From positions 384,001-448,000 of the forward strand of contig CAWJIM010000019.1 in the NCBI GenBank assembly GCA_963842945.1: a stretch of 64,000 bases of DNA, in the 5' to 3' direction. The notes beneath the pieces are model-generated. The model made no database searches, was not told the origin of the DNA, and worked only from the letters and a program-made list of their open reading frames with translations. Source of the stretch: an uncultured Gemmatimonadales bacterium. GTDB lineage: Bacteria > Gemmatimonadota > Gemmatimonadetes > Gemmatimonadales > GWC2-71-9. A program made the position numbers and the translations under genes. The number at the start of each line of letters is the position of its first letter. Within the stretch, counting starts at the first letter, position 1. This document shows positions 30,399 to 40,716 of the stretch, piece by piece.

Positions 30399-30728
30399 TC
30401 AGCCGCAGGTGATTGCGAAGTCTACGATGGTGGTGTTCGGGGCGGTGACGCTCACGGTGCGCGGGTTGTCACCGGCGGCGGTGCAGCCGGCGGGCAGGGC
30501 GAGCTGCACGACGTGGGAGCCCTCATCTACGTCGCTGATGGTGAGCGTGGCGCTGGGCCCGATCACCCGGGGAGACGCCCCGTCTACGATAATGGTGAAT
30601 TCTCCAGGCGGGGTTCCGGTCGTTACCGTGGTGATCTGGAGCGTGCCGACAGCGGGCGCCAGGGTGCCGTCGTCGTCACCGCAGGCCACCACCCAGAATG
30701 CCGCCGCCAGCAGGAATAGCCGTCGCAT
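30399..30728 (-). CDS. small lipoprotein with Ig/PEGA-like beta domain
   Basis: MRRLFLLAAAFWVVAC lipobox; GTLQITT.T.G, C...G.NPRTV, F.ITC. Confidence 0.75.
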   Translation of the reverse strand: MRRLFLLAAAFWVVACGDDDGTLAPAVGTLQITTVTTGTPPGEFTIIVDGASPRVIGPSATLTISDVDEGSHVVQLALPAGCTAAGDNPRTVSVTAPNTTIVDFAITCG

Positions 30729-31464
30729 GAGTCTCTGCCCTTCTTCTGAATGTTCTGTGCCAGGGACTGCTGGCATCCGGCGGCGATGGATTACGGGATG
30801 ACGTCGCCGCTTCTGAGGCATAGCAAGTCCGAATTCGTCAAAAGAGGACCACTGTCCCTTTTCGAGGCTCCGACCTTCGTGTCCAGCGAGCAAGACCTAA
30901 ATCTCGTTCCGAGCCCGTGTAGACCACAGCGATCTCGAGTCGCGACCAGGCCACGCTGTACTCGTCAGCTCGTGATGTCACCGGCTGACTCCGTCGATGC
31001 CACGGATCGCGCGATGTATCGAGGACTGCCATTGCATCGCCCCGGCTCGCATCGTAGTTCGACTGGTAGCAGCTGTACTTCTCCCGGCCCTTATGTAGCA
31101 TCAGAGCTCGATCGTGTCCGGCAGTGCCGTCTCGTAAGTCATCCGTCTGCCGCTCGTATTCCGACCGACGCGCATCGTAAACCGACCCAGCCAGATTGTA
31201 TTTGCACCATCGCGGCTTCGCACCCACTTGACTCGGCTTCAGTTGCCGCGCTGCCGGAAAAGAGTCAAGCTCCTCATTCGACTGCCAGATCGTGTGGTCC
31301 CCGAAAATCGTCATCGAGGGACAATGAAACTTCTGGCACGATCTACGCATCTACATGGCGCGCCGAGCGAAGTCGGCGTCGCTCGGACACACGTCGTTCA
31401 CCCTTCACGTGTGCCGCTGCGACGAGCCGACCACCGCAGGGACCAAAGTCGGAGGGAGCTTCGT

Positions 31465-32150
31465 ATGAATCGCAAGTACGCGGAGTCGGCTGGAGATGGG
31501 TGCGCGCGCACTGGAGTTCAGCCGGGCCCACCCGACGAGAGTTCGGGGTACGCCACCGCGCTCAAAGAGCTGGAAGCGCAGCTGGCCCGCTCCAACCAGC
31601 TCGCAGAGGAGCAGAGAATCCGGCACGGTCGAAGTCCGCGCCGCCTCAGCCCGCAAGAGGGCACTCCAGCGGTCGATTCGGCGGAGCCAGCTGGTCCACC
31701 TGGCCCGGGTAGCCCAGCGGGCGACAAAGGAGGTTCCCGAGCTGGCGAAGAAGTTTGACCTGCCCCGGCTGCCAAACAGATACCTTCCATTCAAGAATGT
31801 TGCCCGCGCCATGGTGGTTGAGGCGCACCAGCAGAAGGAGCTCCTGGTGAAGCACGGCTTGGTGGAAAGGGTACTCGACGGCCTGCGGCCAATCCCTCAC
31901 GAGTTCGATCAGGTGGTTGAGCGGGGGCAGAGGGCCGGCGGCTCCACATCGGCGCCGCGGCCAATCTGGATGTTGTCGCCGACGAGGTCGTGCAGATCGT
32001 GCGGGTGATCGATGGGCTGAACCGGTTCCGGTTTGCCGGTGAGCCCGACCTGCTCGCGGCCTGGAGCTGCGGCGAGCAATGTCATCGGGCCGCGCCGGAC
32101 CGGAGAACTCGCCGTCACCCGAAATCAAACCGGCCGCTTGAGGCCAAGAC
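31465..32150 (+). pseudogene. hypothetical helical protein, multiply frameshifted
   Basis: Joinable pieces MNRK..EMGARALEFSRAHP / ESSGYATALKELE / RSIRRSQLVHLARVA..KHGL / IVRVIDGLNRFRF..LAAW; GGAGGGAG RBS. Confidence 0.6.
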
Positions 32151-32155
32151 GGACC

Positions 32156-33259
32156 ATGAAACCACTATTTTCGACGTTGCTCCTGCTGAGCCTGGGCTAT
32201 TCGGCCGGACGCAGTCCGCAATCGCCGGCCGGCAGCCTCGGCTCGGTGGCCGCGGTGGGGGAGGCCGCCAGCTACACCACTCCCTGGGCCGACAGCACTC
32301 GGCTGGGGGACACCGTCTTCCATAGTAGTGGACGGGTGATCACCACGGTCGCGGTACGCACCGATTCGCACTGGGTGGTCCGTCCGCCCACCGCCGTGCT
32401 GAAGGCCGGGCTGCCCTATGGGCCGAGCCAGCTCCCGCCCGACAGCCTCTGCAGCATGAGCTACTACACCTCAACGACGGTTCCGGTGGCGCCCAACCAG
32501 GTGATCCGCGAGCTGGACCGGGTCCATGAGTGCGGCGCCCGCGTCTTCGCCCAGATCCGCCGGGCCAAGCTCAAGAACTCCGACGGCAATCTGAGCGTGG
32601 ATGCGGCGCTGGCCGAGATCAGTCATTGGCCCTGGGACGAGCTCTGCGCCCGGGTCAAGGACTCGACCATCATCGGCTTTCACATCGGCGACGACGTGGT
32701 CGCGAAGGAGTGGGGCCCCGCGCCGATCGAGACCCGGCTGGCGCAGTGGGATTCGATCGCGGGTGGCATCGTCGCGAAATGTCCTGGCGCGGCGACCGTG
32801 ATTCGGGCCCGTCCCCGCCAGCTGTCCAAGCGGGACACCTGGGAGTGGCTCACCACCGCCTGGGCCCAGTATCCGGGCCCGCTGCCCCGGGCGGGCACGC
32901 CGGAGGAGTTCTTTACCGCCGAGGTGGCGTCGGCCAAGAAGCAGCATCTCGGGTTGGTGACTGGGGTCAATCTGCTGGCCGGCGGGTGCGGTCCAGCGGA
33001 GGCGGGGCGGTGCCTGCCGAATATTCCAGGATCATCGCTTCGCGGTTCGGGCAAGCAGGCCTATCAGCTGAGCGCGGCGGAGTTCATCGACTACAAGACC
33101 GCGGCCATGACCGATCCCTATGTGTGCGCGTCGGTGGACTGGTCCTGGGGTCCCAAGTTCCGGAGCGAGTTCCACGCCCGGCCGGAGATCCAGAGCGCGG
33201 CCAAGGAGCTGGGGCTGATCGCGAGCAAGCGGGGGCGGTCGAGTTGCGTGCAGAAGTAG
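32156..33259 (+). CDS. secreted Cys-containing hypothetical protein
   Basis: Signal peptide MKPLFSTLLLLSLG; alternating alpha/beta pattern, GFHIGDD, AWAQY. Confidence 0.7.
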   Translation: MKPLFSTLLLLSLGYSAGRSPQSPAGSLGSVAAVGEAASYTTPWADSTRLGDTVFHSSGRVITTVAVRTDSHWVVRPPTAVLKAGLPYGPSQLPPDSLCSMSYYTSTTVPVAPNQVIRELDRVHECGARVFAQIRRAKLKNSDGNLSVDAALAEISHWPWDELCARVKDSTIIGFHIGDDVVAKEWGPAPIETRLAQWDSIAGGIVAKCPGAATVIRARPRQLSKRDTWEWLTTAWAQYPGPLPRAGTPEEFFTAEVASAKKQHLGLVTGVNLLAGGCGPAEAGRCLPNIPGSSLRGSGKQAYQLSAAEFIDYKTAAMTDPYVCASVDWSWGPKFRSEFHARPEIQSAAKELGLIASKRGRSSCVQK

Positions 33260-33350
33260 GCGGCAGCGCGGCACCAGTGCGGCACGGCGGAACGGGGCAC
33301 GAGGAGTTACAGGATCTGACGCTGGGCGACTGCGCGACTCGCGACTACCC

Positions 33351-34529
33351 TCACGGCAATCTCCCCCTCGCAACCGACAAACAGTCCCCGCCCGAGCTGA
33401 ACAGGTAGAACGTCTTCCCGTCGGCGCTCATGTACTTGGTCGGAATGTCGGCCCGCTCACCCGATCCCCACTGGGTGTTGCCGCAAGTGGTGGTGCTGAG
33501 ACCGCCGGGCCAGGCGCCCGCACTGGCGAACACCTGCTCCCAGGGACCCCAGGGGTTGGAGCCGACGAACACCATGAGGCCGCCGGTGAAGCGGGCGTCG
33601 TCCTTGGCATCGTTGGGCGTGGTGTCGAACACCAGCGAGAGCATGAACCTTTGAAGGCCGGGGTTCCAGCTCATCCCGGCTCGAGCAGTAAACCGCTTTC
33701 CCACCTTGTAGATGATCTTGGTGGCCGACGAGGAGGTGGGACACCAGGCCGGCGCCGACGGCACACCGCAGAAGTATTCCCAGCTGCTCCGCAGGGTCAG
33801 ATCGCTCCGGGCGCCACGGATCAGCCCGAAGGCCGGCACCAGATCGTAGGCACTGTTGCTCACGCTGCCGGCCGAGCTGCTGCGGAGCGGAATGACGGAG
33901 TAGACGTAACCCGCCGGCCCACCGGAGTACCCCTTCCCGTACTGCACGAACGAGGCGTAGCCCACCTCGGACAGGGTCCAATCCGCCCAGGTGAACTGCG
34001 GGTTGGCGGCGGTAACGTCGCTGGAGAACTTGAGCCGGGCGCCGGTGCCGCCGGGATTGATGTTCCGGATCCAGTACCAGAGCCGCCCGTCCGCATGCAA
34101 CATCCCCGCGGCCTTCTCACTCGAGGGTCCGTCACCCAAGGCCTCCGCTCCCGCGCCGTCGGCCGCGTCATCCCAGTCGAGCGGATCACCGGTGGGCACC
34201 GGCGTGAACGAAACCCCGTAGCCGGTAGAGCCGGAGATCCGGCCGAAGCCCATGCCGATTTTTTGCGGTGCTCCCCGGAAGCGGCAGTCGCCCACCGCGG
34301 TGTAGAGATTTCCGTCGGGCGCCCAGGTGGGGGTATATGAGTCGCAGCCTTTGGTGCGCGCGATCTGCTTCATGGCCGACTTGGCGTCCCACCGAATCGG
34401 GCCGCTGACCGCTGCGGTCAGCTCCGGGGTGGTCTGCTCGACAACGGCGTCGCTACAGCTCGCTGCGCCACCGGCGCAGATGATGACGGTGAGCACAGCA
34501 CCGTAGCTCGGGCGCAAGGCTGCCGGCAT
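33351..34529 (-). CDS. DUF4185-like beta-propeller lipoprotein (copy 1)
   Basis: Lipobox-like AASC; D...PTWAPDGNLYT..GD, PWGPW, IPTKYMS.DG...YLFSSGGD. Confidence 0.7.
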   Translation of the reverse strand: MPAALRPSYGAVLTVIICAGGAASCSDAVVEQTTPELTAAVSGPIRWDAKSAMKQIARTKGCDSYTPTWAPDGNLYTAVGDCRFRGAPQKIGMGFGRISGSTGYGVSFTPVPTGDPLDWDDAADGAGAEALGDGPSSEKAAGMLHADGRLWYWIRNINPGGTGARLKFSSDVTAANPQFTWADWTLSEVGYASFVQYGKGYSGGPAGYVYSVIPLRSSSAGSVSNSAYDLVPAFGLIRGARSDLTLRSSWEYFCGVPSAPAWCPTSSSATKIIYKVGKRFTARAGMSWNPGLQRFMLSLVFDTTPNDAKDDARFTGGLMVFVGSNPWGPWEQVFASAGAWPGGLSTTTCGNTQWGSGERADIPTKYMSADGKTFYLFSSGGDCLSVARGRLP

Positions 34530-34644
34530 GAATCCTCCGAGTCAGGGATACCGCGCGCAGATTCGACCCCGCAGACTGTAACCCTTTTTCGCCGGTCGGC
34601 CAGATCCAGACCGCCAGCGCGGAAGCGGTTGACAGCATCTCCGG

Positions 34645-36432
34645 TTGTTCCTACCCTTGCAGGCTGCACTTCACGCCCCCCCCGCAGGACCGCCGCTCGC
34701 GCGGACCGAAGAGGCCGGTATCAGACATCCAGCTCACGGTGTGATCGCCGTGCTCGCCGTGGCGCTCGCCTGCCGAAGCCCGACCGAGCCGTCGCGCGCC
34801 GTCCAAGCGGTGCCGGTTGCGGGGGACACCGCGGCACTGGCCACTGGATTCGTCTGGACTCGCGCCACGCCCGAGAGCCAGGGCATGTGCGGCAGCATCA
34901 GACAGCTGGGCTGCAGCAAGACCCTCCAACAGGTCTGGAACGGCATCAGCGGCGCGAAGTACAACACCAAACGTCTGGTCGTGATCCGGAACGACAGGAT
35001 CATCTACGACCGGGGCGGCACCCTCGCGTACTTCGTGTACTCCGCCACCAAGGGCCTGCTCGGCGGGCCGACGCTGGTGCACGCGATGAGCAAATGCGGG
35101 GTGGGCCTCAACGATCGCGCGGGCCAGTGGCTGGGACACGGCGAGGGCGCCCGCTGGGAGAGCGACTTCCCCTGGAGCGAGATCACGGTCGAGCACCTGG
35201 CCACCCACACCAGCGGCATCTGCGACTACAGCAACAGCACCACCATCTGCCGGGACGAGAATCCCGGCTGGCAGGCGGCGTTCGAGCGCAACAAGGTGGG
35301 GGGTGCGAAATACGTGTACCCCAACGATGCGTTCACCATCGCGCGGGCCAAAGCGGAGCAAAACCGGGAGCCGGCACGCACGCCAGGCAGCGTTCTCGAG
35401 TACAGCAACGTCGCCCACGCGCTGCTGAACTATGTGGTGCAGCGGGCCTGCGGCCTCAAGCTCACCGAGATCTACGACCGCTACATCAAGCAGGTGGGAA
35501 TGGGCTCACCGGTCGGCGTCGCGCTCATCTCGACCGACGACGGCCAGCAGTTCAACCAGGCGACGGGAATTGCGAAGTGGAAGGCGCTCGACGGTGCGGC
35601 GGTGCTGCGTCTGGCCGGGCGGCAAGGCATCTGGGACAACCAGAACGTCGAGCCGGTCCGCTACTGGCATCTGCTCACCCGGACCGCAGGCGACATCCCG
35701 GCGGCCGTCGAGCAGGGGTGGGGCGTGGTGTACGAGAACAACTCGGTCAACATGTGGACCCAGTCGGTGAATCATCGCCGGTTCTCGCTCGAGACCTTCG
35801 GCCACAACGGCAACTACAGCACCATCTTTCAGAACGATCCTCTGACCAGCACGATCGTGGTGCGACAGGGCGAGATGAACGGCAAGGGAGGCGGGTATCT
35901 CACGCTGAACGGCTGCTTCCCGGGATGGACCGGAACGGCGCCGACCTGCTCGGCCGGGACGAGCTACAGCAACAACTGGGGCAATTCCTCGGTCTACACC
36001 GGACAGCGGAAGAAGGTGATGGAGCCGCTGCAGGAGGCATTCTTCTTCCCGCCGCCGTTCTGCCGGATGACCTCGGCCGGCGGATCGAACGTGGATGAGG
36101 TGAGCGACGAATACACCACTCCCATGGACGGCGCGACCGTTGACCTCGTGGCCGAGATCAAGGTCAATCCCCGGGAAGGTGCCGGCTCATCGGTGGCGGA
36201 CGGCGTCGAGTTCTTTAAGGAGACCGGCGGTACGGCACCGACCTCTATCGGCACTGGAAAGTTGGTGCCCGGAAGCAATCCCGCACGGTATGAGCTCTCC
36301 TATGATGCGGCCGGCCACGGCGCGGTGGGGCAGGTCCAGACCTACTTCGCCAACTGCGTGGCCAAGTCCACCCAGGATGCGAGCAAGAAGGTGCCCTCCT
36401 ACTCCCAGCCGGTGCGGGTCCGCAGACTATAA
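34645..36432 (+). CDS. serine hydrolase (beta-lactamase/AmpC-like fold) lipoprotein with C-terminal Ig-like domain (copy 1); start uncertain
   Basis: SATK (SxxK), ITVEHLATHTSG, EYSN, FGHNG; lipobox-like ALAC. Confidence 0.85.
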   Translation: MFLPLQAALHAPPAGPPLARTEEAGIRHPAHGVIAVLAVALACRSPTEPSRAVQAVPVAGDTAALATGFVWTRATPESQGMCGSIRQLGCSKTLQQVWNGISGAKYNTKRLVVIRNDRIIYDRGGTLAYFVYSATKGLLGGPTLVHAMSKCGVGLNDRAGQWLGHGEGARWESDFPWSEITVEHLATHTSGICDYSNSTTICRDENPGWQAAFERNKVGGAKYVYPNDAFTIARAKAEQNREPARTPGSVLEYSNVAHALLNYVVQRACGLKLTEIYDRYIKQVGMGSPVGVALISTDDGQQFNQATGIAKWKALDGAAVLRLAGRQGIWDNQNVEPVRYWHLLTRTAGDIPAAVEQGWGVVYENNSVNMWTQSVNHRRFSLETFGHNGNYSTIFQNDPLTSTIVVRQGEMNGKGGGYLTLNGCFPGWTGTAPTCSAGTSYSNNWGNSSVYTGQRKKVMEPLQEAFFFPPPFCRMTSAGGSNVDEVSDEYTTPMDGATVDLVAEIKVNPREGAGSSVADGVEFFKETGGTAPTSIGTGKLVPGSNPARYELSYDAAGHGAVGQVQTYFANCVAKSTQDASKKVPSYSQPVRVRRL

Positions 36433-36450
36433 GCTCCTCGCGGCAAAGCT

Positions 36451-36603
36451 CACCACGGAGGCACGGAGGACACGGAGGCCGCACGGACCGGATGGTGTAG
36501 TCCGCAGACCCTAACAGTTTCTAACTGTTGTTCCCCACCGCCCAACCAAAGTCATTGTTCGAGATGACCTTGCAACCTCCGTGTCCTCCGTGCCTCCGTG
36601 GTG
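36451..36603. repeat. MITE-like element with perfect 28-bp terminal inverted repeats
   Basis: CACCACGGAGGCACGGAGGACACGGAGG (36451-36478) and its exact reverse complement (36576-36603). Confidence 0.85.
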
Positions 36604-36681
36604 CGCTTTTGTTATGGTGCGCTTTTGCTACAGCCCGCTCGCCACAATGGCGTAATCCGTGGGCCGGGTGAAATTCCCAAG

Positions 36682-38565
36682 ATGATGATGAGACCGACAC
36701 GCACGAACAGAATTCTTCTGGTCACCGCCCTGGGATGCTCTCGATCACCTGCAGCGGGGACCAGCTCACCCGGCCGGCCGGAAAAGAGCGGCGAATTCGC
36801 CGTTGCCGGGCCGCCGGCCCGGATCACCATCAGCCGTCAACCGCCCTCCAACGCGCTGGACCAGGAGGTCTGGGCACCCGGCGCCCAGCCGGTCGTGGTG
36901 GTGAAGGATGCCGCCGGAGTCGCGGTCGTTGGCGCGGTGGTAACCGCCACCATCGCGAGCGGCAGCGGAGCGCTTCAGGGATCCCTCACCGCCACCACCA
37001 AGGCCAACGGCTCGGCCACCTTTGCCGATCTGGGGATCGCCGGGACGGGCAATCACAGCCTGCGCTTCACCGCCGGATCCGCCGGGGCGACCTCTGCCAC
37101 CGTGGCGATCAATCCGCTCCCCAGCCGAAGCCCGAAGCGGGAAGTGGGACGCGGCGGTGCCGTGGGACATCGTTCCGCTCCACATCCAGCTGCTCCCCAC
37201 CGGCAAGCTGCTGGCCTGGGGCAAGCACGAATCCAACGGCAGCATGGGCCTGCCGCGGCTGTGGAATCCGGCGGCTGGCCTGCCCAGCACGGCTACGATC
37301 GTGCGCGTCGGCGATATGCTGTTCTGTGGCGGGCACACGCTGATGGCCGACGGCCGAATCATGGTCTCGGGCGGGCACCTGGACGACGACCGCGGTCTCG
37401 ACGTCACCAACATCTTCGACCCGGTGAGCGAGAGCTGGGCGAGTGGGCTGCCGAAGATGGCGAAGGGGCGCTGGTATCCGACGGTGACGACGCTGGCCGA
37501 CGGGCGGGTGGTCACGGTGGCCGGGCGGGATGCCAGCTCCACCGTGGTGCTGATTCCGGAGATCTGGGAGGGAAACCGCTGGGTGAAGCTGACCGGCGCC
37601 AGCCTGACTCTGCCCTACTACCCGCGGCAGTTCGTGGCTCCGAACGGGAAGCTGTTTTATGCCGGCGAGCGGACCAAATCCCGCTACCTCGACGTGGACG
37701 TGGTGACGGCCAGCGGGCGGGGGCGCTGGTCCACCAGCGCGGGGTTTACCCGCCGCTTCGCCTACATCCGGGACTACGGTTCAGCGGTGATGTATGAGGC
37801 GGGCAAGATTCTCTACGCCGGCGGCGGGGGCGACCTGCGCGGGAGCATACCGGACCCCAAGTCTCCGGTGCCGACCGCGACGGCTGAAACGATCGATCTG
37901 ACTAAGACCGGCCCCGCGCCGACGCTGGAGCAGCACCACCTCGATGCACTACGCGCGGCGGCATCTCAATGCGACCATCCTGCCGGACGGAAAGGTGCTG
38001 GTCACCGGCGGGACCAGCGCGGGCGGATTCAACGATCTGTCGGGCGCGGTCCACGCGGCTGAAGTGTGGGACCCGGGCAACCGCGGAACGTGGACCGAGC
38101 TGGCGGCCAATCGGGTGGACCGTGGCTACCACTCGGTCTCGCTGCTGCTGCCGGACGGAACGGTGCTGCACGGCGCCGGCGGCGATGCCAACGACCCGGC
38201 AACCGGCGGGGAATATCCCCGGCAGACGAACCACGAAATCTTCCGGCCGCCCTATCTGTTCCGGGGCGCCCGACCGACCGTCACCAGTCTCTCGAAGACG
38301 TCCCTCGAGCTACGGAGAGACCTTCACCGTCACCACGCCGTATGCCGCGCAGATCACCGGCGTGCGCTGGATCCGGCTGGGCGCGGTAACCCACGCGTTC
38401 GACGCGAGCCAGCGGGCGAACACCCTGAAGTTCACCCGTGCCGCGGGGAGCGTCCGGGTGACCACGCCTGCAAGTGGCCGGCTGGCGCCTCCCGGGCACT
38501 ATCTGCTGTTTCTGCTCAATCGCAACGGCGTGCCGTCGGTGGGAAGAATCGTCCGCGTGGGTTAG
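36682..38565 (+). CDS. galactose/glyoxal oxidase-like copper radical oxidase (AA5-type, kelch) with N-terminal Ig-like domain; about 3 frameshifts
   Basis: FCGGH, RWYPT, RGYHS and THA motifs across ORFs 37022, 37944 and 37969; APPGHY.LF C-terminal domain. Confidence 0.85.
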
Positions 38566-38718
38566 AAGGTTTTTAGCCGCAACGCACCCACCGAAGGTGG
38601 GTACCCGACGCAGATAAACGCAGATTCACAATTTTTGACACGGATAACAACCGACAAAAGCACGGATCGCTCCGTGGCCGAAAATAGCTCCCAGTGTCCT
38701 TCCCAAAACTCGAGACTT

Positions 38719-38778
38719 AGTCAACAGCACACCCATTGAGTCCGCTTGCAAGGGTACTCGACTGGTGTGCTGTTGAAC
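38719..38778. other. 60-bp palindromic hairpin between convergent genes
   Basis: TCAACAGCACACC / GGTGTGCTGTTGA perfect 13-bp inverted repeat with inner GAGT..CTTGCAAG..ACTC. Confidence 0.6.
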
Positions 38779-38828
38779 AAGAACTCTTATAGCCGGCTCC
38801 AAAGAACGGAGTGGGTTCCTTTTTGTCA

Positions 38829-40298
38829 TCACTGTGCTTGGTTGATGATCTTGTAGACCCCACCCTGCTGAGTCACGATGTAAAGCTCGCCGGCGGAGTC
38901 TTCGCCGAAGGCGGTGATCTGGCCGCCGGGCTTGAGCTCAGGCCACTCCTTCTGCTCGGTGGGGACGCCTCCCTGAATCCGGAAGCTCCTCACCCAGCCG
39001 ACGCAGTAGTCGGCGTAGAAGAAGGTGCCCTGCAGTGACGGCATCGCAGGACCACGGTAGACGTAGCCGCTGACGACGGCGCACCCTTCATCGTGGCTGT
39101 ACTCCAGCACCGGCAGGGTGAGTCCGGTCTGATCGCAGTCTCTCCGCTTGAAGCAGTGCAGCCCTTCCATCTCGTCCCAGCCAAAGTTCACTCCCTTCCC
39201 GGCACCACTCGAGGCGGCGGCGTAGTCCACCTCTTCCCATTTGCCCTCGCCGACATCGCCGATGTAGAGGTCGCCGGTGGCGCGGTCGAAGCTGAAGCTC
39301 CACGGGTTGCGGAACCCGTAACTCCAGATCTCGGGGCGGGCGCCGGCCGTGCTGACGAACGGATTGTCGGCCGGCACCGTGTACGGCTGGGTGCTGACGT
39401 CGATCCTCATGATGTTGGCGAACGGGTCGTCCAACGATTGCCCTCGGTTCTGGTCGACGTCGTGCCCGTCGCCCAGGCCGACGTACAGCATGCCGTCAGG
39501 ACCGAAGGCCAACTGGCCTCCATTATGGGCCACGCCGGGCTGGGGAAACGCGAACACTGGCACTTCGCTCGTGGGGTCGCCCTGATCGGGATCGGCCGAG
39601 ACCCTGAAGGCGGAGACCCGGTTCACGTTGAAGTGGTCGTTGTAATGCACGAAGAAGCGCCCGCTGGTCGCGTAGTCGGGCGGGAAGGCGAGACCGAGCA
39701 GCCCCTGCTCCCCGGCGACGCTGGAGACTTTCGCCGTGAGCTCGAGGAACGGCGTGGGGAGCAGCACGCCGTCCTTGATGATCCGGATGGGTCCGGCCTT
39801 GAGCAGCACGAACAGGCGCGTGTCGCCCGGTGGCGATACGAGAGCGGTGGGAAACTTGAGTCCGCTGACGATCTGCTGCAGGGCCGGCGTGTCCGCGCCA
39901 GGCGGCGGAGGCGGCGGCGGCGGAGTTGTCGCCGAGACGGTGATGGGAAGGCTTCCAGAGATCGCATCGGTGGTGGCGGTGATCTGGGTCTGCCCTTCAG
40001 CCACACCGGTCACCAGGCCGGCCGAGGTCACCGTAGCGATGTTCTGATCGGCGGAGCTCCAGGTGAAGCTGGCTCCAGAGACGGTGGCGCCGCCGGCGTC
40101 CTTGGCCGTTGCCGTGAGCTGGAGCGTCTGACCGACCTGCACTGCGGCGCCGGGCCCGGTCACGGTGACAGTGGCGACGGGGTTGGGCGGCTCAACGCCG
40201 CCTCCATCACTGTCACTGCTACAGCTGACCAGCACGGACAGGAGCACGGGGACGAGGGCGAACAGTCCGGGACGGCGACACGAGAATGCCTGGGGCAC
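38829..40298 (-). CDS. PQQ-dependent sugar dehydrogenase (glucose/sorbosone family) lipoprotein with Ig-like domain
   Basis: Lipobox LVSC; Big_2-like TWSS....ATV...GLVT; GEQGLLGLAF, HNGGQLAFGPDG, YGFRNPW, NFGW. Confidence 0.9.
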   Translation of the reverse strand: MPQAFSCRRPGLFALVPVLLSVLVSCSSDSDGGGVEPPNPVATVTVTGPGAAVQVGQTLQLTATAKDAGGATVSGASFTWSSADQNIATVTSAGLVTGVAEGQTQITATTDAISGSLPITVSATTPPPPPPPPGADTPALQQIVSGLKFPTALVSPPGDTRLFVLLKAGPIRIIKDGVLLPTPFLELTAKVSSVAGEQGLLGLAFPPDYATSGRFFVHYNDHFNVNRVSAFRVSADPDQGDPTSEVPVFAFPQPGVAHNGGQLAFGPDGMLYVGLGDGHDVDQNRGQSLDDPFANIMRIDVSTQPYTVPADNPFVSTAGARPEIWSYGFRNPWSFSFDRATGDLYIGDVGEGKWEEVDYAAASSGAGKGVNFGWDEMEGLHCFKRRDCDQTGLTLPVLEYSHDEGCAVVSGYVYRGPAMPSLQGTFFYADYCVGWVRSFRIQGGVPTEQKEWPELKPGGQITAFGEDSAGELYIVTQQGGVYKIINQAQ

Positions 40299-40577
40299 AA
40301 ACAGCTCCTGTTCGATGCGGCGCGAGCGGTGAAGACGGACCAGTGGGAAGTTCAGGCCTGCTCTGGATTATGGGTCGGCGCAGGAGAATCGGGGAAGAGC
40401 CGGGAACCTGGTGTGATTGGCGTCACACAACGGTTGATATACGGGAGGGTAGCGGGAGGGGCGTGGTCTCTCCCGCAGGGTCAACTACAGCCACCCCCCT
40501 CTCCCCTGAGACCCTGCGTCGAGTCCACGCCCCTCCCGCTGTTAGAGAATTTGCTTACACCTGGGAGCGCGGCGGGT

Positions 40578-40714
40578 ATGGGTTCGAAACTGCTGGAGAG
40601 CTCTCACTCCCGCCCGCGTTCCCCAAAACGATGTTGCCGATTGCAACTGGAGTGCTTGCGTTGGCGGGGATATTCGTCATGATATATGTGAGGTCCACAC
40701 CACCACGGGCCTGA
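40578..40714 (+). CDS. small single-TM protein (possible frameshift near 40625)
   Basis: MGSKLLESSHSRPRSPK + (T)MLPIATGVLALAGIFVMIYVRSTPPRA; stop 2 nt before the TonB ATG. Confidence 0.4.
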
Positions 40715-40716
40715 GC

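Noticed and set aside
28252..30801. 849-aa phosphodiesterase-EamA fusion
   Set aside because: Artefact: a frameshift near 29270 joins the NPP gene (true C-terminus in ORF 29222..29473) to the EamA frame, which then reads into the antisense of a lipoprotein gene.
34645..36432. Antibiotic-resistance beta-lactamase
   Set aside because: SxxK/YxN/HxG is shared by many esterases and peptidases; the Cys-rich insertions, Ig-like tail and context do not support a resistance call.
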